A stretch of 64,000 nt of DNA from Polyangiales bacterium (GTDB lineage: Bacteria; Myxococcota_A; Polyangia; Polyangiales; Houyiibacteriaceae), in contig JBGCFM010000041.1 of the NCBI GenBank assembly GCA_045106895.1, positions 1 to 64,000 on the forward strand. Reading direction: 5' to 3'. Positions 39,326-47,922 of the stretch are shown one piece after another. The translations under genes were made by a program, and so were the position numbers. How positions within the stretch are numbered: the first letter of the stretch is position 1; each line of letters starts with the position of its first letter. A model generated the notes under the pieces. That model was not told where the DNA came from, did not search any database, and saw only the letters and a list, made by a program, of their open reading frames with translations.

Positions 39326-40063
39326 CTAGAACCAGCGCCAGAGCCCCGTGTATCGGAGAATGCAGAGCTTCGCGTGCAGCACGCTGATGGCCACGTTGTC
39401 CCAGAAAGCGCGGTAGTGAGAAATGCCGCCTTCGTCGGCGGGGACGTATCGAACTTTCGTAGGAACGTTGACCACGGGAAGGCGCTTCCAGACGAGCCTG
39501 ACGGCGATTTCAGGGTCGAAGTCCATCCGATCACCACTGGCGCCGGAAGACACCGCGGCTTCGAGGGGATAGACGCGGAACCCGCAAAGGGGGTCTTTGA
39601 TCTTTCCCGGTTTGCCCAGTGTCTCAAGCCAGACCCAGAACACGCTGATCTGCCGGCCCCATCGGCGTGCTCTGGGCGCGCTCTCATCAAAGAGCGGACG
39701 ACCTAGGATCAACGCCGCAGGACTCTTCGCGGAAGCCGCGAGGAGCTTGGGCACATCCGCGAGGTCATGCTGTCCGTCAGCGTCCACCTGGAGCGCGTGA
39801 GTGTAGCCTTCTTCCAGCGCCCAACGGAGTCCATCTTTGACGGCTGCGCCTTTTCCGCCGTTGGCTTCTCGTCGACGAACGTACGCCCCGTCGATGGTGG
39901 CCACCTGCGCCAACGCTGCTTGTGCCGCCTCATCGCCGGCGTCGTCAACGACGAACACCGCCGTCACGTGATCGAGCAAGCCGCGGACGACGCGCTCGAT
40001 GGTGACGGGGTTGTTGTACGTCGGCACGACCGCACACGGCCGCACCTCGTCCTCTTGAGCCAT
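39326..40063 (-). CDS. Glycosyltransferase family 2 (resembles the GT in aryl-polyene clusters)
   Basis: VVPTYNN, VVDD, NGGKGAAV, QVDADGQH, CGFRVYPL, MDFDPEIAVRL. Confidence 0.92.
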   Translation of the reverse strand: MAQEDEVRPCAVVPTYNNPVTIERVVRGLLDHVTAVFVVDDAGDEAAQAALAQVATIDGAYVRRREANGGKGAAVKDGLRWALEEGYTHALQVDADGQHDLADVPKLLAASAKSPAALILGRPLFDESAPRARRWGRQISVFWVWLETLGKPGKIKDPLCGFRVYPLEAAVSSGASGDRMDFDPEIAVRLVWKRLPVVNVPTKVRYVPADEGGISHYRAFWDNVAISVLHAKLCILRYTGLWRWF

Positions 40064-40072
40064 GCTCAGTGA

Positions 40073-40330
40073 CTAACGGGTTTTGGCTACATGCGCCGCC
40101 AAGGACCGCACGGAACGAAACACATCGCGTGTGCTCTCGTCCTCGGCCTTGATCTTGACGCCGTACTTCTTGTCGATGGCGATAGCGAGCTCGAGCGCGT
40201 CGATGCTGTCGAGGCCGAGGCCTTCGACGAACAGCGCTGCATCCGATTCGATCTCATCGGCGGTGACATCGTCGAGCATGAGAGCTTCGACGATGAGGTC
40301 TTTGATTTCCTTTTCGAGTTCTGCGCTCAT
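40073..40330 (-). CDS. Acyl carrier protein (ApeE-like)
   Basis: 85 aa; LFVEGLGLDSIDALEL phosphopantetheine site; GGAGG RBS. Confidence 0.93.
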   Translation of the reverse strand: MSAELEKEIKDLIVEALMLDDVTADEIESDAALFVEGLGLDSIDALELAIAIDKKYGVKIKAEDESTRDVFRSVRSLAAHVAKTR

Positions 40331-40352
40331 GGTTTCCTCCGCGACCGCTGAC

Positions 40353-43052
40353 TCACTTGGCCATCTGGCGAAGGACGTACTGGAGGATGCCACCATGGCG
40401 GAGGTACTCGACCTCTTGCGGAGTATCGAGACGCACGGTGACGGTGAAGCTCTTGCCACTGTCCGTCGTCACCGTGAGCTTCTTGCCCGGCGTGAGGCCC
40501 TCGGCGATGCCGCCGATATCGAAGGTCTCTTCGCCCGTAAGCCCAAGCTCCTCGCGGCCTTCGCCTGCAGCAAACTCGAGAGGAAGCACGCCCATGCCGA
40601 TGAGGTTACTGCGGTGGATTCGCTCGTAGCCCTTCGTGATGACGGCCTTGACGCCGAGAAGGAAGGTGCCCTTCGCAGCCCAGTCGCGGCTCGAACCTGT
40701 GCCGTATTGATCGCCGGCGATGACGACCAAAGGCGTGCCTTCAGCCTGGTACTTCATCGACGCATCAAAGATGCTCATCTGCTCGCCGGAAGGGATGAAG
40801 CGCGTGATGCCGCCTTCGGTTCCCGGAGCGAGGAGGTTTCGAAGACGAATATTCGCGAAGGTGCCGCGCATCATCACTTCGTGGTTGCCGCGGCGGCTGC
40901 CGTAGCTGTTGAAATCTCGTGGGCTGACGCCGTTGTCCCGAAGGTACTGGGCGGCTGGGCTGTCCGAGGCGATTCCGCCCGCGGGAGAGATGTGGTCTGT
41001 GGTGACGTTGTCGCCGAGGAGCGCAAGAACCCGCGCGCCCTTCACATCGCTAAGCGCTGGAGGCTCCCCTGCTTCAACTCCGTCGAAGAAAGGAGGGTTC
41101 CGGATGTAGGTGGAGTCCGCTTCCCACTCGTAGGTCTTGCCTGCGGGAGCGTTGACGGCGCGCCACTCTTCCGTTCCCTCGAACACTGCGCCGTAGCGAG
41201 CGTTGAACTGCTCCGTGGAAATCGCGTCGCGAAGCGTCTTGGTGATTTCCTCGTTGGACGGCCAGATGTCTCGAAGGAAGACGTCGTTTCCATCGCTGCC
41301 CTTCCCGATGGGGTCCTTCTCGAAGTCGATGTCGATGGTTCCCGCGAGCGCGTATGCGACGACGAGAGGTGGTGACGCAAGGTAGTTCGCCTGGGTCAGC
41401 GGGCTGACGCGACCCTCGAAGTTACGGTTGCCGCTCAGAGCCGAGGTGACGACGAGCTGGTTTTCGACGATGGCCTTGGTGATGGCCGGGTCGAGGGGAC
41501 CCGAGTGGCCGATGCATGTGGTGCAGCCATAGCCGACTAGGTGGAAGCGAAGCTTCTCCAAGTCCGTCATGAGGTCTGCCTTTTTCATGTACTCGGTCAC
41601 AACCTGGGAACCCGGCGCGAAGCTGGTCTTGACCCAAGGCTTGACCATGAGCCCCTTAGCGATGGCCTTTCGCGCGACGAGACCTGCACCGAGCATGACG
41701 CTTGGATTGGAGGTGTTGGTGCAGCTTGTGATGGCGGCGATGACGATGGAGCCGTCCTTGAGGTCGAAGGTCTCCTTGTCCTGGCCTTCGCGGTCGAGGG
41801 TGACGCTGACGGAAGTCTTTGCGCCTTCCTTCTGGTTCGCCTTCACGCCTTCGTAGGTGCGCTGCCAGCTCGTCTTGCTGTCCGAGAGCGCGATGCGCGT
41901 GTGCGGGAGCTTCGGCCCAGCGATGGAGGGCACAACGTCGCCGAGGTCGAGCTCGAGAACGTCTGTGAACTCGGGGTCCGGGGACTCCGCCGTGTGGAAG
42001 AGGCTGAGCTCCTTGAGAACTCGCTCCGTAAGCGCAACCTGCTCTTCTTTGCGGCCGGTGAAACGCATGTAGTTGAGCGTCTCTTTGTCCACGGGGAAGA
42101 AGCCCATCGTCGCTCCGTACTCCGGCGCCATGTTGGCGATGGTGGCGCGGTCCGTGAGCGCAAGACTCTCCATGCCGGCGCCGAAGAACTCGACGAACTT
42201 GCCGACGACGCCATGTGCTCGGAGTGCTTCGGTGATGGTGAGAACTGCGTCCGTCGCGGTGGCGCCTTCGCGCAGCTTGCCAGAGAGCTTGAAGCCTACG
42301 ACCTGCGGGAGAAGCATCGCGATGGGCTGACCGAGCATGGCCGCTTCCGCCTCGATGCCGCCGACGCCCCATCCGAGGACACCGAGGCCGTTGATCATCG
42401 TGGTGTGGGAGTCGGTGCCGACGAGGGTGTCGGGGTAAGCAACGGTCTTGCCATCGATCTCACGGGTGAAGACGCTGCGCGCGAGGAACTCAAGGTTCAC
42501 CTGGTGGACGATGCCGGTTCCGGGAGGAACGACCTGCATGCCCTCGAAGGCGTTCTGGCCCCACTTGAGGAACTGGTATCGCTGCTTGTTGCGCTGGAAC
42601 TCGATCTCCACGTTCTGCTCGAAGCTGCGAAGGAGACCGTAGCTGTCGACCTGCACGGAGTGGTCGATGACCAAGTCCGCAGGCTGAAGCGGATTGATTC
42701 GCGCAGGGTCGCCGCCCATCTTCGCGAACTGCTGTCGCATCGCCGCAAGGTCCACCACGGCGGGGACGCCGGTGAAGTCCTGGAGAAGCACGCGCGAAGG
42801 CCGATAGGCGATCTCTGTGACAGGCTTCGCCTTCGGGTCCCACTTGGCGACGGCTTCGATGTCGGCCTTGGTGACGGTGTTTCCGTCTTCGTGGCGAAGG
42901 AGGTTCTCCAGGAGAACGCGAATCGAGTAAGGGAGCCGGCGAACATCGCCAAAACCAGCCTTATCCAGGGCGTCGAGGCGGAAAACGTCGACCTTTTGGC
43001 CGTTGATGTCGAGTGTGGCGCGGGCGTTGAATCCGTCGAGTGAGGCAGTCAT
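40353..43052 (-). CDS. acnA: Aconitate hydratase A
   Basis: [65 protein letters not shown]. Confidence 0.98.
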   Translation of the reverse strand: MTASLDGFNARATLDINGQKVDVFRLDALDKAGFGDVRRLPYSIRVLLENLLRHEDGNTVTKADIEAVAKWDPKAKPVTEIAYRPSRVLLQDFTGVPAVVDLAAMRQQFAKMGGDPARINPLQPADLVIDHSVQVDSYGLLRSFEQNVEIEFQRNKQRYQFLKWGQNAFEGMQVVPPGTGIVHQVNLEFLARSVFTREIDGKTVAYPDTLVGTDSHTTMINGLGVLGWGVGGIEAEAAMLGQPIAMLLPQVVGFKLSGKLREGATATDAVLTITEALRAHGVVGKFVEFFGAGMESLALTDRATIANMAPEYGATMGFFPVDKETLNYMRFTGRKEEQVALTERVLKELSLFHTAESPDPEFTDVLELDLGDVVPSIAGPKLPHTRIALSDSKTSWQRTYEGVKANQKEGAKTSVSVTLDREGQDKETFDLKDGSIVIAAITSCTNTSNPSVMLGAGLVARKAIAKGLMVKPWVKTSFAPGSQVVTEYMKKADLMTDLEKLRFHLVGYGCTTCIGHSGPLDPAITKAIVENQLVVTSALSGNRNFEGRVSPLTQANYLASPPLVVAYALAGTIDIDFEKDPIGKGSDGNDVFLRDIWPSNEEITKTLRDAISTEQFNARYGAVFEGTEEWRAVNAPAGKTYEWEADSTYIRNPPFFDGVEAGEPPALSDVKGARVLALLGDNVTTDHISPAGGIASDSPAAQYLRDNGVSPRDFNSYGSRRGNHEVMMRGTFANIRLRNLLAPGTEGGITRFIPSGEQMSIFDASMKYQAEGTPLVVIAGDQYGTGSSRDWAAKGTFLLGVKAVITKGYERIHRSNLIGMGVLPLEFAAGEGREELGLTGEETFDIGGIAEGLTPGKKLTVTTDSGKSFTVTVRLDTPQEVEYLRHGGILQYVLRQMAK

Positions 43053-43172
43053 GAGCGCTACGTACCACGACTAACGCCGGCCAGCACGCTTGTTCCGCCT
43101 GCGCAAGCATTCGATTTCGCGCGGCATCTCATGTTGGCGCTTCGCTCGTGAAACGCTAAAGCACCAGCGCCG

Positions 43173-43598
43173 ATGGCCACCTTGAAGAAGAAGCGAAAAT
43201 CACCCGCTAGTTCAGCAAAAGATCCCGGTGGGCGTGCGAGCCCAGAAGCCATCGAGAAAAGACGCGTCGCGCGGGAACTCAACTCGCTCATCGCCGGAGA
43301 CGCGCCGAAGATCGACGGGCGCACCGAACGGCGGCGGAAGCGCCTCCTCAAGGAGCTTCGTAAACCCGAAGAAGGCCTAAAGCCCATTGAACGTGTGCAG
43401 AAGGCCAGTGAACTCTTGGAACTGGGCGAGACCTTCGCGAGCCTACGAAAGCAGGGAGCCGTCGTGGTCAAAGCCGAGGACACGAAGGAGCTGTGGGCGC
43501 TCGTGAAGCGCGCTCAGATCGCCTACGAGTTTGCCCCAGATGCGTGGCGTATTCTCGGGCTCAAAGTGACGGCGAAGGGCGACCCCCGCAAGGGCTAG
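43173..43598 (+). CDS. Basic hypothetical protein
   Basis: 141 aa, Lys/Arg-rich (KKKRK, DGRTERRRKR); divergent from acnA. Confidence 0.75.
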   Translation: MATLKKKRKSPASSAKDPGGRASPEAIEKRRVARELNSLIAGDAPKIDGRTERRRKRLLKELRKPEEGLKPIERVQKASELLELGETFASLRKQGAVVVKAEDTKELWALVKRAQIAYEFAPDAWRILGLKVTAKGDPRKG

Positions 43599-43615
43599 CG
43601 AATCCCTCGGAGGGA

Positions 43616-44191
43616 ATGCTGCAGGCCTCGGATCCGTTCGAGATTCGGATGACGAAACGCGCAAGACCCTTCGAAGCCTACGCGCTCGTCCTCACCATCT
43701 TCACGATGATCTTTTGCGCCCTCGCGCAGCTGGTCCTCGCCTTGCCGCAGATCTTCGGTCCGAGCCGAGGCGAGCTCCCGTGGCCAGCCACGCTGGTGGC
43801 CATCCTGGTCAGCATCGTCGTCATCGCGTTCGCCGCACGTAAGGATGGCGCTCTCCTCGAGCTCAAGTGGTTCGTGTGGGCCCTCGCCGCCCTCTCCTGG
43901 TCCGCGCTCTTCGTCATGCTCACGTTCAGCGAGTCGCCGTGGCAGCTCCTTCACGTCTCGCAGTGGATGGGACGCGCCGAGCCGACCAACTTCCTTCGTG
44001 CTGGGCTGTGGCGGCCGCTGCACGTTCTCCATGCGCTCGGTCCCGTGGCCCTCGTCCTCGCCGCAAGCGCGCGACGTCACCCCCCAGCGAAGCGGAAGCA
44101 GGTCCTCTTCGCTGGGGTGGTTCCGTGGGCTCTGGGCAGCGCGCTCTACGCGTATCTGCTGACGCTCGCGCCGCCCGTCTACATGGGTTGA
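43616..44191 (+). CDS. Hypothetical membrane protein
   Basis: About 5 TM segments; start 43616 or 43649. Confidence 0.7.
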   Translation: MLQASDPFEIRMTKRARPFEAYALVLTIFTMIFCALAQLVLALPQIFGPSRGELPWPATLVAILVSIVVIAFAARKDGALLELKWFVWALAALSWSALFVMLTFSESPWQLLHVSQWMGRAEPTNFLRAGLWRPLHVLHALGPVALVLAASARRHPPAKRKQVLFAGVVPWALGSALYAYLLTLAPPVYMG

Positions 44192-44204
44192 ACCTACGTG
44201 CGAA

Positions 44205-45746
44205 CTACTCCCAGTACTTTCGTCTCCACGGAGCCCCGCGCGAGTAGGAAGGCGGGTCGCCTACCCAAGTTCCGATGGCATCGTGCAACGCGTCCGACGC
44301 GCCGTTGGAAACCGGGCCGAGCGCCGTATCGACGAGCGTGCGGAGCACCGATTCAGAATCAAGGCCGTCCTCTCGATGGAGAGCAGCCGCCGCAGCCACC
44401 ACGACCGGAGCGTAGTGGTTAGCGACGATTTCTGTGTCCGAGAGCGACGCCAAGCTCAACTCGACGAACTCGAAGGAGGGTCGCGCCGCCTGAAGCGAGA
44501 GCAGCGCCTCCGCACGCACGACGGGTGATGCGTGGTTCTGAGCAACCCGCATGAGCTCCGCGGTAGCTTCCACGTCTCCCCGCGACGCGGGCATGCGAAG
44601 TGCGCAAGTTCGCGTCAGCACCTCGGATTCCAGCGCCTTCTCGTAGAACGTCGGGTCCCCCGTCGCTCCCTCACGCGCAAAAAGCGCCTCCACGCCGATG
44701 CACTGAAACTCCGGCTTCGGGTGCAAACAAGCCCAGTGAATCCACTCCTTAGGCAATCGCTCATTGTGAAGAAACGTGCCCCAGAGCGTGCGGGCCGAAA
44801 GCTCCAGTGTTGGGTTCACACCCGCGATATTCAGCCGTAGTGCGCTGAGGTGATCGCGTTTAGACTCCGGAAGTTCTTCCGACTCCAGCACCCTGTCGAT
44901 GTGTGCCGCGGCGTCATCCAAACGAGAGAGCAGATGAGCCGCGAGACGCCACTCGGCGTCTTCACGATAAAGAACCGAAGTGGCCAAATCCGCCAACGCC
45001 TCTTGAGGAACCAAACGCAGCAGCCAGCGGCTTGGAAGTGTCAGGGACGCGATAGCGTCCGGGACCAACATGGGGTTCGCTTCGATCCATCGTTGGACTT
45101 CATCGTCGCTCGCCGACTTTAGCTTCTCCCAGCTCATCTCTTCGTCTCGAAACGCCAGCTCCTGAGACGGCTCAAACTCCAGCGTCTTCCACGCCAGCGC
45201 CGCGTCGAGGCCGCCTTTGTCGCGGAGCCTTTCGTAGATCTTCGTTCGGTGTCCACCGGCCACTTTGAACTCGCCGTGCACGCTCAGAAGCCGCCGAAGA
45301 CTTCCCGCGTCCATCTGATCGAGAAGCCTATCGTTGGCCTCCTCGTGACCGGCGAGGCTTCCGAGCACTAAGAAGCCCGCGACGGGGAAGCGCCATTCGT
45401 GCCAGGGACCCAGCCCTCGAACGAACTCATCGACGAGGCGGCCAAACGTCGCAGCACTGATGGGTAGAGACCGTTTGACGAAGACGCGAAATAGCGAGAC
45501 GCGTATCCACGGGTCGTCGTGAGACTCAAGGAGAAGCCGTTCGAGTGCGTCCAGCCGCGCCGGGTGCGCCAGCCGCTCAAGAAGACCCGCCGCGGCGCTC
45601 TTCCTTCTTCGAGATGTCTTCGAGGTTAGGATACCGACGAGCTCGTCGGTCCAGCGAATCCGAGTCTGAGACTCGGAGAATTGCATGTCTTCCATGAGAC
45701 GCCTTGTTGGGTCCGGGAGGCGATTCCGGAGCGGCGTTTGCCGCAT
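44205..45746 (-). CDS. Hypothetical alpha-helical, HEAT-like repeat protein
   Basis: Long ORF with DDPWIRVS and SPVVRAEALLSL-type repeats; true start may be 45695. Confidence 0.6.
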   Translation of the reverse strand: MRQTPLRNRLPDPTRRLMEDMQFSESQTRIRWTDELVGILTSKTSRRRKSAAAGLLERLAHPARLDALERLLLESHDDPWIRVSLFRVFVKRSLPISAATFGRLVDEFVRGLGPWHEWRFPVAGFLVLGSLAGHEEANDRLLDQMDAGSLRRLLSVHGEFKVAGGHRTKIYERLRDKGGLDAALAWKTLEFEPSQELAFRDEEMSWEKLKSASDDEVQRWIEANPMLVPDAIASLTLPSRWLLRLVPQEALADLATSVLYREDAEWRLAAHLLSRLDDAAAHIDRVLESEELPESKRDHLSALRLNIAGVNPTLELSARTLWGTFLHNERLPKEWIHWACLHPKPEFQCIGVEALFAREGATGDPTFYEKALESEVLTRTCALRMPASRGDVEATAELMRVAQNHASPVVRAEALLSLQAARPSFEFVELSLASLSDTEIVANHYAPVVVAAAAALHREDGLDSESVLRTLVDTALGPVSNGASDALHDAIGTWVGDPPSYSRGAPWRRKYWE

Positions 45747-45807
45747 CGAGGTACGACGAAACTAACAGCCAGTTTTCCGGCTGTCGACGCATGAAGGCAA
45801 AACGCGC

Positions 45808-45836
45808 TTGACACCTACGTCACCGAATGGCAACTA
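45808..45836 (+). promoter_or_regulatory. Putative tRNA promoter
   Basis: Perfect TTGACA at 45808-45813; the -10 is weak. Confidence 0.45.
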
Positions 45837-45857
45837 CGGGCCACAGCATTGCTGTGG

Positions 45858-45932
45858 GGCGCCGTGGCCAAGTGGTAAGGCAGAGGTTTGCAAAACCTCC
45901 ATTCACCAGTTCAAATCTGGTCGGCGCCTCCA
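45858..45932 (+). tRNA. tRNA-Cys (GCA)
   Basis: Acceptor stem GGCGCCG/CGGCGCC, anticodon arm GAGGT-tt-GCA-aa-ACCTC, T arm GTTCAAATC, U discriminator, encoded CCA. Confidence 0.98.
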
Positions 45933-45944
45933 AAAAACTCAATG

Positions 45945-45979
45945 GGCTCGAGAAAACACAGTGTTTCTCGGGCCTTTTT
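45945..45979 (+). terminator. Intrinsic terminator after tRNA-Cys
   Basis: GGCTCGAGAAA...TTTCTCGGGCC stem followed by TTTTT. Confidence 0.8.
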
Positions 45980-46106
45980 GATGTCTTCCACCAAAAAAGC
46001 GCTCACACACTGCCGCGAGAGTGAAGCCATGGTATGTCTTCTGCGTCTTATCGATGGCGCGTACCCGAATGCTTTGGGCCGCGACCGGAGAGACTGAGAG
46101 GTACCC

Positions 46107-47024
46107 ATGACAGCCCCTACCCCGCGTAAGGCGGTAACGGTTCCACGTCTGCTGGCCAAGAAGGCAAGCGGCGAGAAGATCACAATGGTCACAGCATACG
46201 ACGCGACCTTCGCGCGGATGTTCGACGACGCTGGCGCGGACATGCTCCTCGTGGGTGACAGCCTTGGGATGGTTGTCCAGGGCCGTGACTCCACGCTCGG
46301 CGTGACCGTCGACGAGGTCATCTACCACTGCCGCGCCGTGGCGCGCGGGACCAAGTACGCGCACATCGTCGGCGACATGCCCTTCATGTCCCACCAGATC
46401 TCCATGGAAGAAGCGATGCGCAACGCAGGTCGTTTCCTCTCAGAAGGCGGCGCCCACTCCATCAAGCTTGAAGGCGGCGAGAGCGCAGCTCCTACGATTC
46501 GGCGCCTCGTCAGCGCAGGCATCCCCGTCATGGCCCACGTAGGCCTGATGCCGCAATCGGTCCACGCCATGGGCGGCTTCCGCGTCCAAGGCAAAACCCG
46601 CAGCGCTGCGGACTCCGTACTCGCCGACGCCATCGCCGTCGCCGAGGCCGGCGCGTACTCCGTGGTCCTCGAAGGTATCCCCAGCGACCTCGCCGCGGCC
46701 ATCACGGAGCGCATCGACATCCCCACCATCGGCATCGGTGCCGGGCCCAGCTGCGACGGACAGGTCCTCGTCGGCTACGACCTCTTGGGACTCACCCCAG
46801 ACCTCCGGCCACGCTTCGTGAAGCGCTACGCCGAGTTCTTCGACGAGGGCAAAGCTGCCGCGAGCCAGTACTTCGACGAGGTCCGAAAAGGCGTCTTCCC
46901 AGCAGAAGAGCACGGCTTTGGCGAAGTCCGCCAAGAGGAGCGCGCGCTCCACGCGGTCCGCAACGAAGACCCCGCTCCCGCGGCGGCACTCGCCGAGGGT
47001 CGCTCCTACGGCCCCGCCGCCTAG
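46107..47024 (+). CDS. panB: 3-methyl-2-oxobutanoate hydroxymethyltransferase
   Basis: TAYD, LLVGDSLGM, DMPF, KLEGG, HVGLMPQ, IGIGAG..DGQVLV. Confidence 0.97.
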   Translation: MTAPTPRKAVTVPRLLAKKASGEKITMVTAYDATFARMFDDAGADMLLVGDSLGMVVQGRDSTLGVTVDEVIYHCRAVARGTKYAHIVGDMPFMSHQISMEEAMRNAGRFLSEGGAHSIKLEGGESAAPTIRRLVSAGIPVMAHVGLMPQSVHAMGGFRVQGKTRSAADSVLADAIAVAEAGAYSVVLEGIPSDLAAAITERIDIPTIGIGAGPSCDGQVLVGYDLLGLTPDLRPRFVKRYAEFFDEGKAAASQYFDEVRKGVFPAEEHGFGEVRQEERALHAVRNEDPAPAAALAEGRSYGPAA

Positions 47025-47047
47025 CGCTGTCCAAGGGAGAGCCTGGC

Positions 47048-47908
47048 ATGAAGATCCTTCGCACCAAGGATGAACTACGCGCCGCCTGCAACGCCGCTCG
47101 CGCGAGCGGGAAGCGCGTGGGGTTCGTTCCGACGATGGGCGCGCTTCATGCGGGCCACACCTCGCTCATGGACGCAGCCGCCCGCGAAGGCGCGGACTTC
47201 GTGGTTACGAGCATCTTCGTGAACCCGCTGCAATTCGCCGAAGGGGAGGACCTCGACAAGTACCCACGAACCTTCGACGCAGATGTCGCCGCGTGCCAAG
47301 CGCACGGTGTTCACGCTGTCTTCGCGCCCGAGAAAAGCGCGATGTACGGCTCTGGGTTCTCCACCGAGGTCCGAGTCTCCAATGTGACCGCGCCCTTCGA
47401 AGGGGAGCACCGTCCAGACCACTTCAGTGGGGTGACGACGGTCGTCGCGAAGCTCTTCAACTTGGTCGGGGAGTCCATGGCGATCTTCGGCCGAAAGGAC
47501 TTCCAGCAGTGGCGCACCCTTGCGCGGCTCGCTCAGGACCTGGACATGCCGATTCGTGTCATCGGGGAGCCCACCATTCGGGAGGAGGACGGCCTCGCCC
47601 TCTCGTCGCGAAACCGCTACCTCTCCGGCGCCGACCGGAAACGCGCCCTCGCACTGAGTGCCGGACTTCGCCGCGCAGAGGCTGCATGGAACGGCGGCGA
47701 ACGAAGCGCTGACAAGCTCGTGACCTTGGCGCGAGGCCCCATCGAAGAAGCCTTTGACCGCGTGGACTACGTTGGCGCGGCGGAACCGTCGGACCTAGGC
47801 ACGCCAGAAGCCAACGCGACGCGTCTTGTGTTGCTCGCGGCAGCCCACCTTGGAGACACGCGCCTCATCGACAACATTGAACTCGGTCCGAAGGTGGACG
47901 CCGCTTAG
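47048..47908 (+). CDS. panC: Pantoate-beta-alanine ligase
   Basis: FVPTMGALHAGH, SIFVNPLQF, RPDHF, FGRKDFQQ, GLALSSRN, RLIDN. Confidence 0.97.
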   Translation: MKILRTKDELRAACNAARASGKRVGFVPTMGALHAGHTSLMDAAAREGADFVVTSIFVNPLQFAEGEDLDKYPRTFDADVAACQAHGVHAVFAPEKSAMYGSGFSTEVRVSNVTAPFEGEHRPDHFSGVTTVVAKLFNLVGESMAIFGRKDFQQWRTLARLAQDLDMPIRVIGEPTIREEDGLALSSRNRYLSGADRKRALALSAGLRRAEAAWNGGERSADKLVTLARGPIEEAFDRVDYVGAAEPSDLGTPEANATRLVLLAAAHLGDTRLIDNIELGPKVDAA

Positions 47909-47922
47909 CGTTCGTGCGCTCC

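Noticed and set aside
41541..43043. Long antisense ORFs (also 909-2033, 7876-9378, 52580-53830, 59389-60312)
   Set aside because: They mirror well-supported genes on the opposite strand, as expected from GC-rich codon bias.
44205..46100. Genomic island integrated at tRNA-Cys
   Set aside because: No integrase and no duplicated tRNA 3' end seen; panB follows directly after the terminator.
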